Position numbers and translations under genes: made by a program
Notes under the pieces: model-generated
The model's input: the letters and a program-made list of their open reading frames with translations, nothing else
Told to the model about the DNA's origin: nothing
Databases searched by the model: none
Part shown: piece after piece, positions 53,560 to 64,000 of the stretch
Numbering within the stretch: the first letter of the stretch is position 1
Layout of the letters: the number at the start of each line of letters is the position of its first letter
Source of the DNA: Octopus sinensis
Taxonomy: Eukaryota
Assembly (NCBI RefSeq): GCF_006345805.1
Contig: NC_042999.1
Coordinates: forward strand, 155,868,001-155,932,000
Direction of reading: 5' to 3'
DNA length: 64,000 bases

Positions 53560-54379
53560 AGGGGTGGGGGAGAGATGGGTAGATAGATGTGCGGGTGGGT
53601 ATGAAAGCATGTTTGTATGTGTGTGTCTGTGTATACGCGCGGGTGTGTGTGTGTAGGTTTGTGGGTGAGTACGGATGTTTGTGTATAGGTGTATGTGAAG
53701 GAGGGACTGCGTGTTTGTGCGAATGGGTATGCACGTGGGTAGGAATGTTTGTGTATGTGTGTGTAGGATTGTGTGTGTATGTTTATGTGCATACGGGTAT
53801 GTTTTATAGCCTCTGTGTGTATACGGGTATGCACAAGCGTGGAAATATATATGGGTATGTAATGCTTGTGTGAGTATGTGTAGGTGCTTATGTACAGATA
53901 GGTATATGTAAGAGACTAAGGATGTGTGCATGCGGGTATGCATCGCAGAGAGAATGTGTATACGGGTACGTAAAGCATATGTGTGTGTGTGTGTGGTTAT
54001 GTATCAGCGTCTGTTTATGCAAATGCCGGTTTGTACCAAATTATGTATGTATGTATGTATGTATGGATGGATGGATAGATGGATGGATGGATGGATGGAT
54101 GGGTGCATGGATGGGTGGATGCATTTATATATGCATAGGATTGCGAACATATGCAGGGTGGGGTACTGTATAGACTTATGTGAGTATCTGTGTGTGTGTA
54201 AACGGGTATGTACCAGCGTGTGTATACTGATATGTACTAGTAAGTATGTATGTATGTATGTGAGTGTGGATATGTGCATATATATATATATGTGTGTGTG
54301 TGTATGTATGTATATCTATGTATGTATGAATGTATGTGTATATATAGAAGTATGTATGTATGTATGTACACACAAACAC

Positions 54380-54410
<31 letters not shown>

Positions 54411-54845
54411 CATACATACACATATATATATGCACACGAGCGTGTAAGCGTGTGTATGTGCAAGCGGTTATATCTCAGCATGTGTTTGTGTGTTGTGTGG
54501 TTATATACCAGCGCACGCGCGTGTCTGTATGTATGTTCAGTCTCTCACCCACCCACCCGCCTACCCCACCGCCACTGCATGGTCCTCTGGCTCATCATAA
54601 CAATCTTTTTTTTAATAATAATAATAATAATAATAATAACATTCCCTTCTCTTTTCCTTTCTCTTTCTCTATCTTTGTTTGTCTTCCTTTCTCTCTTCAT
54701 TTTGCAACCTTTCATTATTATTATTTTTTCCTTTTGCATTCCAGATAGCGACGTGAAAACATCTACGCATCACTCTCCTTATCAGTGGTGCTGTTGCCAT
54801 GGTTCTAGCAGTTGTTGCTGTGTTGCTATGATAGTAGTAGTAGTA

Positions 54846-54894
<49 letters not shown>

Positions 54895-55295
54895 TGCTGT
54901 TGTTGTATAGAGTGCAAGCTGCCAAAAAGGAACGCACACACATACACACATACATACATACATACATACATAGCATTATGCAAAACTGCACACACACACA
55001 TTCATATTTACAAAGCGCATGTGCTCAATCACACACACATACTGAGGCACAGGCACTCAACCACACACACACACACAAACCACACCACACACATAGACTC
55101 GCGCACTCGCAAATGTGTGTGTGTGTGTGTAATTACTTCGAAATTCATATGAATTAGTTCTAAAGAGCTGAAAGATGACCGAACCAAATTTATAAGCGTA
55201 TCATCATCATCATCATCACCATCATCATCACCATCATCATAATCATCATCATCATCAGCAGCAGCAGCAGCATCATCAGCATCATCATCATCATC

Positions 55296-55327
<32 letters not shown>

Positions 55328-55960
55328 CATCACCGTTCCAGCATCAACAATTTTGTTTGCGTGAGTCAGCCGGATACCCTGCCTGTCGCCAACCCTTACC
55401 ATTTTCTAAGCAAGGTAGTATTTCCCTATGGCCGGATATGTTTTTCGAGGAAGATTGGAAATGGACAGCGAAGCTCGTTTATTATCGTCACATAATGCCA
55501 AAATAAGGGAACACACACGCACACTCACTCTCACTCACGCGCGCACACACTCACATACACACACGCATATGTAAGTATGCATGTGTATGTATGTATGTGT
55601 GTATGTATGTATGTATGGCATTGTTCAGTTTTATTTCAAGATTTCTTGCCAATAAAGAACTGGTTTCTAACCTAGATCCAAGGTTCCTTCATTGGAATTT
55701 CATTTGTTTGTATGTATGTATGTATGTATGTATGTATGTATGTATGTATGTATGTATGTATGTATGTATGTATGTATGCACGCATGCATGCATGTATGTA
55801 TGTATGTATGTATGTATGCATGTGTGTATGTTTGTATGTATGAATGTATTTATGTATGTATGTATGTATGTATGTATGTATGCACGCATGCATGCATGCA
55901 TGTATGTATGTATGTATGTAGTATGTATGTATGTATGTATGTTTGTATGTATGCATGCAT
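53560..55960. repeat. Microsatellite/low-complexity block: (TG)n, (TATG)n, (GGAT)n, (AAT)n, (TAG)n about 54830-54895, (CAT)n about 55200-55333, (TATG)n about 55710-55960
   Basis: Direct inspection; this block explains the many MYVC/HTYI-type ORFs. Confidence 0.95.
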
Positions 55961-56365
55961 ACTCTCTTTTACTCTCTTTTACTTGTTTCAGTCATTTGAC
56001 TGCGGCCATGCTGGAGCACCGCCTTTAGTCGAGCAAATCGACCCCGGGACTTATTCTTTTTGTAAGCCCAGTACTTATTCTATCGGTCTCTTTTTGCCGA
56101 ACGCTAAGTGACGGTGACGTAAACACCAGCATCGGTTGTCAAGCAATGCTAGGGGAACAAACACAGACACACAAACACACACACATACATATATATATAT
56201 ACATATATACGACAGGCTCTTTCAGTTTCCGTCTACCAAATCCACTCACAAGGCATTGGCGGCCCGAGGCTATAGCAGAAGACACTTGCCCAAGATGCCA
56301 CGCAGTGGGACTGAACCCGGAACCATGTGGTTGGTTAGCAAGCTACTTACCACACAGCCACTCCT
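55961..56365 (-). mobile_element. SINE family A, full length, CpGs intact (also 57172-57585 -)
   Basis: Complete match; ccacgcagtggg etc. retain CpG. Confidence 0.9.
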
Positions 56366-56439
56366 GTATGTATGTGCAGATTTGTATGTTTTATGTATGT
56401 ATTCCTATGCATATAGTTGCATATCTAGACATGCTCGTA

Positions 56440-56622
56440 TATATTTAAATGATAAACGTCGGGAAAGTTTTACAGATTTTTACGGTTCCAGTATTGGATT
56501 GGATCTGCAGTCTTCGAATCAGCTTTCTCCTTTCTAGTTTTGAGAAGCCTAATTTCTCAAGATTGGTATTTAAGGAGTGTGTTACATATCCCAGGGCCCC
56601 AATAATTACAGGAATAAACCCA
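56440..56622 (-). mobile_element. 3' fragment of a restriction-like-endonuclease non-LTR retrotransposon (R2/R4/NeSL group)
   Basis: Encodes FIPVIIGALGYV...LEKLGF...LQIQSNTGTVKICKTF, typical of the REL-domain C-terminus (IPxxIGALG). Confidence 0.65.
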
Positions 56623-56711
56623 TGTATGCATGTATATCTGCAGAATTGTATGTTTTGTTTTATGTATGTATTCTCATGCATATACTTGCATATCTAGACA
56701 TAGTATGTATG

Positions 56712-56808
56712 CACTAGCGGAGATGGGTGGGGCGCCCTGGGCGGCACTTCTAAAAGGACACCACCGGAAGAGCAGCCTCGGGTAGCACACACTCTACCTA
56801 CGCTAGTG
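56712..56808. mobile_element. 97-bp MITE inserted in (TATG)n
   Basis: TIR cactagcg / cgctagtg flanked by tatgtatg on both sides. Confidence 0.7.
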
Positions 56809-57830
56809 TATGTATGTATGTATGTATGTATGTATGTATGTATGTATGTATGTATGTATGTACGTACGTACGTACGTATGTATGTATGTTTGTACGCGAC
56901 GAGCTTCTTTTAGTTTCCGTCAACTGCGTTCATTCACTCTTTGGTCGGCTTGGAACAAAAGTAGAAGGCATTTGCCCAAGTGTTCGCACCATGGGACTGA
57001 ACTGAAGGCCACATGGCTGGGAAGCAAACTTCTTAACCACACAGCCACGTACAATCGCACCCACCCACCATGCGATCAAAAACACCCGTTCACGTTAAAA
57101 AATACTAAAATCCAAACTCCATTTAAAATCACAGGCTCCGTCTCCCATTTTTAATTCTGTATCTCTTTATATTCTTTTACTCTTTTACTTGTTTCAGTCA
57201 TCTGACTGTGGCCATGCTGGAGCACCGCCTTTTAGTCGAGCAAATCGACCCCAGAACTTATTTTTTGTAAGCCTAGTACTTATCGGTCTCTTATGCCGAA
57301 CTGCTATGGTACGGGGACGTAAACACACCAGCATCGGTTGTCAAGCGATGTTGGGGGGACAAATACAGACATACAAACATATATACACATGCACACACAC
57401 ATATATATATATATATAGATATACATATATACGAAGGGCTTCTTTCAGTTTCCGTCTACCAAATCCACTCAAAAGGCTTTGGTCGGCCCGAAGCTATAGT
57501 AGAAGACACTTGCCCAAGGTGCCACGCAGTGGGACTGAACCCGGAACTATGTGGTTGGTAAACAAGCTACTTACCACACAGCCATAAGTTTCAAATTTTG
57601 GTACAAGGCCAGCAAATTCGGGAGAGGGAGAAGTCGAATACATCGATCCTAGTATGTACGTATGCATGTATATCTACATGTATGACTGGTACTTATTTTA
57701 TCGACTTAAAGGATGAAAGGCAAAGTTGACTTCGCTGGGATTTGAACCCAGAACGTAATGACGGATAAAATGCCGCTAAGCATTTTGTCCGGCATAGTTC
57801 GTCGCCTTAATAATAATATTCCAGTAATAT

Positions 57831-58632
57831 TTAGCACGCCGGGTGAAATGCTTAGCCGTATTTCGTCTGCCGCTACGTTCTGAGTTCAAATTCCGCCGAG
57901 TTCGACTTTGCCTGTCATCCTTTCGGGGTCGATAAATTAAGTACCAGTTACGTACTGGGGTCGATGTAATCGACTTAATACCTATGTCTGTCCTTGTTTG
58001 TCCCCTCTATGTTTAGCCCCTTGTGGGTAATAAAGCAATAAGTATTTCGTCTGCCGTACGTTCTGAGTTCAAATTCCGCCGAGGTCGACTTTGTCTTTCA
58101 TCCTTTCGGGATCGATAAATTAAGAACCAGTTGAGTACTGGGGTCGATATAATAGACTGGCCCCCTTCCCCCAAAATTTCGGGCACTGTGCTTAGAGTAG
58201 GAAAGAATATTCCCGTAATATTTTTTAGAGATTTAAGCGGCGAGCTGGCAAAATCGTTGGCACTCCGGGCAAAATGCTTAGCTGTATTTCGTCTGCCGCT
58301 ACGTTATGAGTTCAAATTCCGCCGAGGTCGACTCTGCCTTTCATCCTTTCGGGGTCGATTAAATAAGTACTAGTTACGCACTGGGGTCGATATAATCGAC
58401 TTAATCCGTTTGTCTGTCCTTCTTTGTCCTCTCTGTGTTTAGCCCCTTGCGGGTAGTAAAGAAATAGGTATTTCGTCTGTCTTTACGTTCTGAGTTCAAA
58501 TTCCGCCGAGGTCGACTTTCCCTTTCATCCTTTCAGGATCGATAAATTAAGTACCAGGTGAGTACTGAGGTCGATCTAATCGACTGGCTCCCTCCCCCAA
58601 AATTTCGGGCCTTGTGTCTAGAGTAGAAAAGA
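57831..58632 (+). mobile_element. Head-to-tail multimer of SINE family B (Meta/MESC-like central domain); inverted copy at 57588-57810
   Basis: Four iterations of ttctgagttcaaattccgccgaggtcgactttgcctttcatcctttcggggtcgat...aagtaccag; head ggcgagctggca. Confidence 0.85.
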
Positions 58633-58874
58633 TTCCACTAGTTCACCACCTTAATCGCATATCATATTAATTCCACGTCGGAGCTTCCGTACAATATTAA
58701 AAATTTCGTCACTGCTAGGCTGTTCAATATGGAACTAACACGCTTACGTGTTGTACACCTGTGCGCCGTGCACACATTTTAATATGTTAGCAGGTGCCAT
58801 GGTGTTAATACTGAGTAAAAATGAATTTCAGTTTTGTTCCTTTGTCATCATTACGAGACACTCTAATACCAAAA

Positions 58875-59378
58875 CTATGGCTGTGAAACGTGGCCTATGT
58901 GGGTGGTCGATCAACGAAGGCTGGAAGTGTTCGACAATGACTGCCTCCGGTGCATTCTTCGTTGCCGTCGGGTGGATCGAGTTCCCACCGCCAATCTCCG
59001 ACTTCGCCTATCCCTGCGGCCCCTTTCATCTGTCCTTCTGCAACGGCGCTTGCGGTGGTTTGGCCATGCATGTAGGCGTCCGGTGGGTGAACTGAGCCGT
59101 GATGTCCTTCTCCCAACTCCACTTCCCAACTGGCGGAAACGCGCGGGCGGGCAGCTGAAGACCTGGGTTACAACGATCAAGGAGGACCTCGCCGTGCTCA
59201 CGGGACCGCAGGTGGTCGGCCTGCGCCGATGGAACCGTGACTGGCTTGCTATCTCCAGTGAACTGGCGTAGGACCGTCGTGCGTGGGCCGCCATGGTTCG
59301 AGATGCCTCGAGGGTGGTAGAAGAAGCCGACTCAACCCGCCCAGGGTGAATGTCGCCACAAGTACAAGTAAGTAAGTA
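58875..59378 (+). mobile_element. 5'-truncated RTE-clade LINE, 3' end
   Basis: YGCETWP...RRLEVFDNDCLRCIL...RRLRWFGHACRR...GGQLKTW (RTE ORF C-terminus), one premature TAG at 59269-59271, (AAGT)n tail, possible aaaact TSD. Confidence 0.9.
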
Positions 59379-59946
59379 AAACTGAGTTCAGAAAGGCGAA
59401 ATTGAACCTCTGATCACCGGAAGGCTAATATCCATACCAACAGGTCGCAAAGGCTCTCAATGTACATATTTCTACCATTTGTTGTTTGCAGCATCACGTC
59501 AGGGTACTGGGACTGCAAGTTGACCGTCCCACGATCAGGAAGACCTGATGTTACCACAGCCAGGCAAGTCTCGTATACTGGTTTCAAATCTTGGTGCAAG
59601 GCAAAATAAATGCCGCTGAGCATTAGGCCCGGTGCGCCAACGATTCTGCCTGCTCGGAGCCTTAGGCGAGATCAGTTTATTGAGAGAGGATATTTGTAGA
59701 ATTTAGTTCCAGACAACTACAGACATAGCTCTACAATTACTTGGACTTATAGTAGCATAACTTGGGGAAACAATGGAGCGGTTTTTCCCGAGTAACACTT
59801 TATGGGGGCGGCAATTTTGGGTCTACTGTATAACCCTGTATAGAGGATGGAAAAGCGGAGTAGGGTGCCAAACTTAAGGACTGTCCGAGCCAGCACACAT
59901 TCTACTTATGTCACTGTATATACAACGCATAAACAACCCTGTCTGG

Positions 59947-60327
59947 CAGGGCCGGATTAATTTAGGGGTTGCAGGCCAGGATATTCCACTAAATGGAGGA
60001 TCTCCTGAAATGAAGTGAGAAGTCACTAAAAATATTGATTTCAAATGTTAGTACAAGGTCAGCAATTTCAGAATCGGGGACAAATCGATTACATCGTGTT
60101 CAGTGCTCGACTGATACTTATTTTATCGATTCCGAAACGATAAAAGGCAAAGTCGACCTCGGCGGAGTTTGAACTCAGAATGTAAAGACAAACGAAATGC
60201 TGCTAAGCGTTTTGCCTGACATGCTAACGATTCTGCCAGCTTGCCGCTTAAATCTCTAAAAAAATTTTACTGGAAGGCTCATAGTAGTTGTAGTTCAGAG
60301 GTCTGCCAAGTGTTAAATCCGGTTCTG
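59947..60327. mobile_element. hAT-like MITE interrupted by SINE family B
   Basis: TIR cagggccggatt / aatccggttctg; TSD ctgtctgg / ctatctgg (7/8). Confidence 0.7.
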
Positions 60328-60667
60328 CTATCTGGAATCATCTTCATGAGAATGGACTGGCAAACAGGCATTTTCGACGATGTGGAGTCCTTATAGAAAA
60401 ACATCGATAGATCAGACAACTAAAGTGGACACAAACCAGAATAAACGGCTGTATGTAGCAGTGAAACGTACTATATTGTTGAACGAGAACAGTTTTTGTA
60501 GTTCGACATTTTAAACGTCTCTAGAGAGTTTTTGAACTCCGTATATTAGGGACTCTAAGGGGATCGAACAATTTGCCCTGCTTAATAAAATTCAAATGGT
60601 TTTAAACTTGTCTACCACTGTGGAGAAGATAAAAAGAATTACGTGGTTGCAAAATCTACTTTGACAT

Positions 60668-61053
60668 GGAAACACTCCGTCGGTTACGACGACGAGGGTC
60701 CCGGTTGATCCGAATCAACGGAACAGCCTGCTCATGAAATTAATGTGCAAGTGGCTGAGCACTCCACAGACACGTGTACCCTTAACGTAGTTCTCAGGGA
60801 TATTCAGCGTGACACAGAGAGTGACAAGGCCGGCCCTTTGGAATACAGGTACAACAGAAACAGGAAGTAAGAGTGAGAGAAAGTTGTGGTGAAAGAGTAC
60901 AGCAGGGATCACCACCATCCCCTGCCGGAGCCTCGTGGAGCTTTTTAGGTGTTTTCGCTCAATAAACACTCACAACGCCCGGTCTGGGAATCGAAACCGC
61001 GATCCTACGACCGCGAGTCCGCTGCCCTAACCACTGGGCCATTGCGCCTCCAC
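60668..61053 (-). mobile_element. Full-length tRNA(Arg)-like SINE family D (resembles octopus OR-type SINEs), young
   Basis: Minus-strand head gtggaggcgcaatggcccagtggttagggcagcggacTCGcggtc...gtttcgattccc; perfect 13-bp TSD tctactttgacat at 60655-60667 and 61054-61066. Confidence 0.9.
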
Positions 61054-61314
61054 TCTACTTTGACATATTAAGAATTAGAAAGAAGGCAGCGAGCTGGCAG
61101 AATGCTTAACGGCTATTTCTTCCTGCTCTTTGCATTCCGAGTTCAAATTCCGTCGAGGTCGACTTTGCTTTTTTATCTTTTCGGGAGTCAATTGAATAAG
61201 TACCAGTTTAGCACTGGAGTCGGTGTAATCGACTAACTCCCTCCCACAGAATTTCAGGCTTTGTGCCATCGTAGAAAGGATCAATTAATAGGATAAGAAA
61301 GACACCTACCCACC

Positions 61315-61659
61315 CAGGGCCGTTGCTAATCCCCCTGCACCCCTGCGGTTGCAAGGGGGGGGGGCACCGCGGTTGAGGGGCCCCATGTTAAGATCAAAGT
61401 ACGTAGATGAGTCATCTATTTTCTTTGGTTAAGATGTTGAACAAGAATTAAACTATTTGTAATAAACCTAAACAAATTTTTAACTTGTACTTTTAAAAAT
61501 GTTCTTTAGGGCAACGTGAAATACTGAACTTCAGATAGAATACAGTAAAAACAAAATAGCTATGGATAAAAGGTGCGTAGATTATGAATTTTGATTGAAG
61601 GGATGGGGCCTCGAAACAAAAAGTTGCAGGGGGCCTCTAAAAGTCACGCGACGGAGCTG
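61315..61659. mobile_element. hAT-like MITE
   Basis: TIR cagggccgttgc / gcgacggagctg; perfect 8-bp TSD tacccacc (61307-61314, 61660-61667). Confidence 0.85.
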
Positions 61660-61730
61660 TACCCACCCAACTCCCCAAAAAACGTTCACTAAAATAAAAT
61701 CACTAATATTAGAGAAGGATGCTTTCCTAT

Positions 61731-61977
61731 TTACTCTTTACTCTTTTACCCTTTTACTTGTTTCAGTCATTTGACTGTGGCCATGCAGGAGCACCGCCTT
61801 TAGTCGAACAAATCGACCCCAGGACTTATTCTTTGGAAACCTAGTACTTATTCTATCGGTCTCTTTTGCCGAACCGCTAAGTTATGGGGACGTAAACATA
61901 CCAGCATCAGTTGTCAAGCGATGTTGGGGGGACAAACACAGACACACAAATATATATATATATATATATATATAGAT

Positions 61978-62045
<68 letters not shown>

Positions 62046-62058
62046 ATGTATGTGTGTG

Positions 62059-62093
<35 letters not shown>

Positions 62094-62170
62094 TTGTATA
62101 CATGTGTGCATGTTTGTGTTTGTGTGTGCGTATGTATGTGTGTGTACAAATGTATCCGTCGTATACATGC

Positions 62171-62224
<54 letters not shown>

Positions 62225-62386
62225 GCATGTATACGACGGGCTTCTTTCCGTTTCAGTCTACCAAATCCACTCACAAGACTTTGGTCGGCCCAAGGCTATA
62301 GTAGAAGACACTTGCCCAAAGTACCACGCAGTGGGACTGAACCCGGAACCATGTAGTTGGTAAGCAAGCTACTTTCCACACAGCCA
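61731..62386 (-). mobile_element. SINE family A with expanded/rearranged internal microsatellite
   Basis: Family A halves at 61731-61950 and 62230-62386 flank about 280 bp of TA/TG repeats. Confidence 0.9.
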
Positions 62387-62434
62387 GTGATGTATTCAAA
62401 TGCGAACCCCAACCATATACGTACGTAAATGTAG

Positions 62435-62588
62435 CAATGGCTCTCAACCTTCTTAATATCCAAAACTTTTTAGGGGGCCGCACCAAAGAAAGTAAAATTC
62501 AATTTATATTGATTGAAGGAAGACCATTAGGGTAGAAGGATGCTTGAGGGTCGCATGCGGCTCTGGGATTCACGGTTGAGAACCGCTG
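62435..62588. mobile_element. hAT Charlie-like MITE
   Basis: TIR caatggctctcaacc / ggttgagaaccgctg; internal gggccgca / catgcggc motifs. Confidence 0.7.
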
Positions 62589-62814
62589 ATATATAGACTG
62601 CTCCATTGAAGTAAATTCCTTTGATTATATATTTTGCATGTATAGGGGTCGGAGGTTTGGAGCTTTCGTGCTCCCATTCACCTTCAGATGTTCAGGTCAA
62701 GCAACAGTCACATTTATCTTACCTGTCTAAGATTCTAGGAGGTCTCATATAAAGGTCACCGTCCTACAAAGGTCATGGACTTTGCAAAGGTCACATCTTC
62801 TCATCAATCAAGTT

Positions 62815-63030
62815 TTTATACATACATACATGCATACATACATGCACACATACATACATACATACATAATACATACATACATGCATACACAGAGGCATAC
62901 CTATATGTACACACTCATACATACGTACGTGCGTACATATTTTATGTGCGTATATATATGTGTGTGTGTGTGTTTGTATACATGTGTGTTTGTGTGCGTA
63001 TGTATGTGTGTGTGTACAAATGTATATCAA

Positions 63031-63100
<70 letters not shown>

Positions 63101-63123
63101 GTCTGTCTGTCTGTCTGTCTATC
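62815..63123. repeat. Compound microsatellite (CATA)n/(TG)n/(TATC)n/(TCTG)n
   Basis: Direct inspection. Confidence 0.9.
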
Positions 63124-63415
63124 GTTTTCTAATTCTTTTTATGCATTTCAGCCATGCAGTGGCGGCAATGTTGGAGCAATACTCTGCGTGGCTGTGGGGT
63201 TTCCCAAACACATGGTTCTGGGTTCAGTCCTACTGTGTGGCACCTTGGGCGAGTTTCTTCTGTTATAGCCTCTGGCCAACTAAAGTGGACTTTTGTTGAA
63301 TAAATAATCTTATAAACTTCGTGTGTGTGTGTGTGTGTGTGTGTTCACGCCCTGGTAACTTAGCGGTTCGACAAATGAAGGCGATAATATCAGGCTTAAA
63401 TATATATATATATAT

Positions 63416-63690
63416 ATCAAAATAAGCAACAAGGATATCCAAAGGTAGTGTAGTACAATCGTTTCATGCTACTTCATTTAATTAAACAATGTAAGTATTA
63501 CATCAGTTTTAAAATGTAGAGCACTCTTCAGCCACATATGGAATTTTTTAAATTCCACTACCTTTGGATATCCTTGTTGCTTATTTTGATTATAATCACC
63601 CCATTTGAATTTATATGGATAATACCATACCAAATTCTGGTGCCTTTAACTTAATTACCATGTTCATCTGAATCTAAATTTTTGGTGAAC
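63416..63690. mobile_element. Non-autonomous Penelope-like fold-back element (inverted pLTR/tail) carrying the hammerhead
   Basis: Perfect 35-bp inverted repeat 63416-63450 / 63556-63590. The plus arm begins 3 nt after the predicted cleavage site and runs on about 100 bp further. Embedded in (TA)n tracts. Confidence 0.65.
63449..63536 (-). ncRNA. Type I hammerhead ribozyme (Penelope-type, minimal stem III)
   Basis: Minus strand reads UGUGG-CUGAAGA-GUGCU...AGCAU-GAAAC-GAUU-GUA^CUACA. Stem I UGUGG/CUACA, complete catalytic core, extended stem II, and a self-complementary stem III/loop ACGAUUGU. Predicted cleavage between 63454 and 63453. Confidence 0.8.
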
Positions 63691-64000
63691 CTATATATAT
63701 ATATATATATATACACACACATACATACATACATATACATCTGTTTGTTGTCTACACCACCTGCCTTCGTCTTGTGTTCTTTTTTGTGAATTCTCCCTAT
63801 ATATATATACGGCGGTCGGTCAGGCTACATGAGACAACAGCCTGATCATCCTCAAATCATATCTTACTTTCTCATACAAAGGAATAACACATTAGATAAT
63901 ACAGTACTAGATACACTATTATTAAGCTTGAAAAATAGGGATGGCCATGCTGGGACTGCTCGTTAAAAATCGTTGTTTTTGTTATTTTTGTTGAGAGCCT

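Noticed and set aside
53493-56111. Many long ORFs (up to 274 aa) rich in MYVC/HTYI/poly-M/poly-Y
   Set aside because: Translations of TG, TATG, CAT and TAG microsatellites, not genes. The same applies to 20841-21345 and 61882-63299.
60975-61053. tRNA-Arg gene
   Set aside because: No acceptor stem or terminator; it continues into a SINE body with TSDs. The same holds for the other tRNA-like heads.

Overview
AT-rich, repeat-dense eukaryotic DNA. The SINE families and microsatellites look like an Octopus (coleoid cephalopod) genome; this is an inference from repeat content. One protein-coding gene is recognisable, and the ORF track misses it. A minus-strand first coding exon at 49643-49533 encodes [37 protein letters not shown], the N-terminus of Outspread/MPRIP (myosin phosphatase Rho-interacting protein). 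Its likely promoter is at about 50.75-51.2 kb, and the gene runs left beyond position 1. Positions 1-46 kb are CpG-depleted intron containing three candidate small exons (36, 18 and 79 nt) and a possible internal promoter; CpGs are retained from about 46.2 kb onward. The rest is tRNA-derived SINEs (at least four families), CR1, RTE and REL-endonuclease LINE 3' fragments, Penelope-like remnants, hAT, piggyBac and Tc1 MITEs, and microsatellites. The most notable signals are hammerhead ribozyme motifs in small non-coding elements. One is an apparently intact type I hammerhead in a fold-back element at 63416-63690. The other is a head-to-head pair of tRNA-headed SINEs at about 2298-2832, each carrying a hammerhead core. 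Almost all listed ORFs are microsatellite or SINE artefacts. Coordinates of degraded repeats are approximate and were read by eye.
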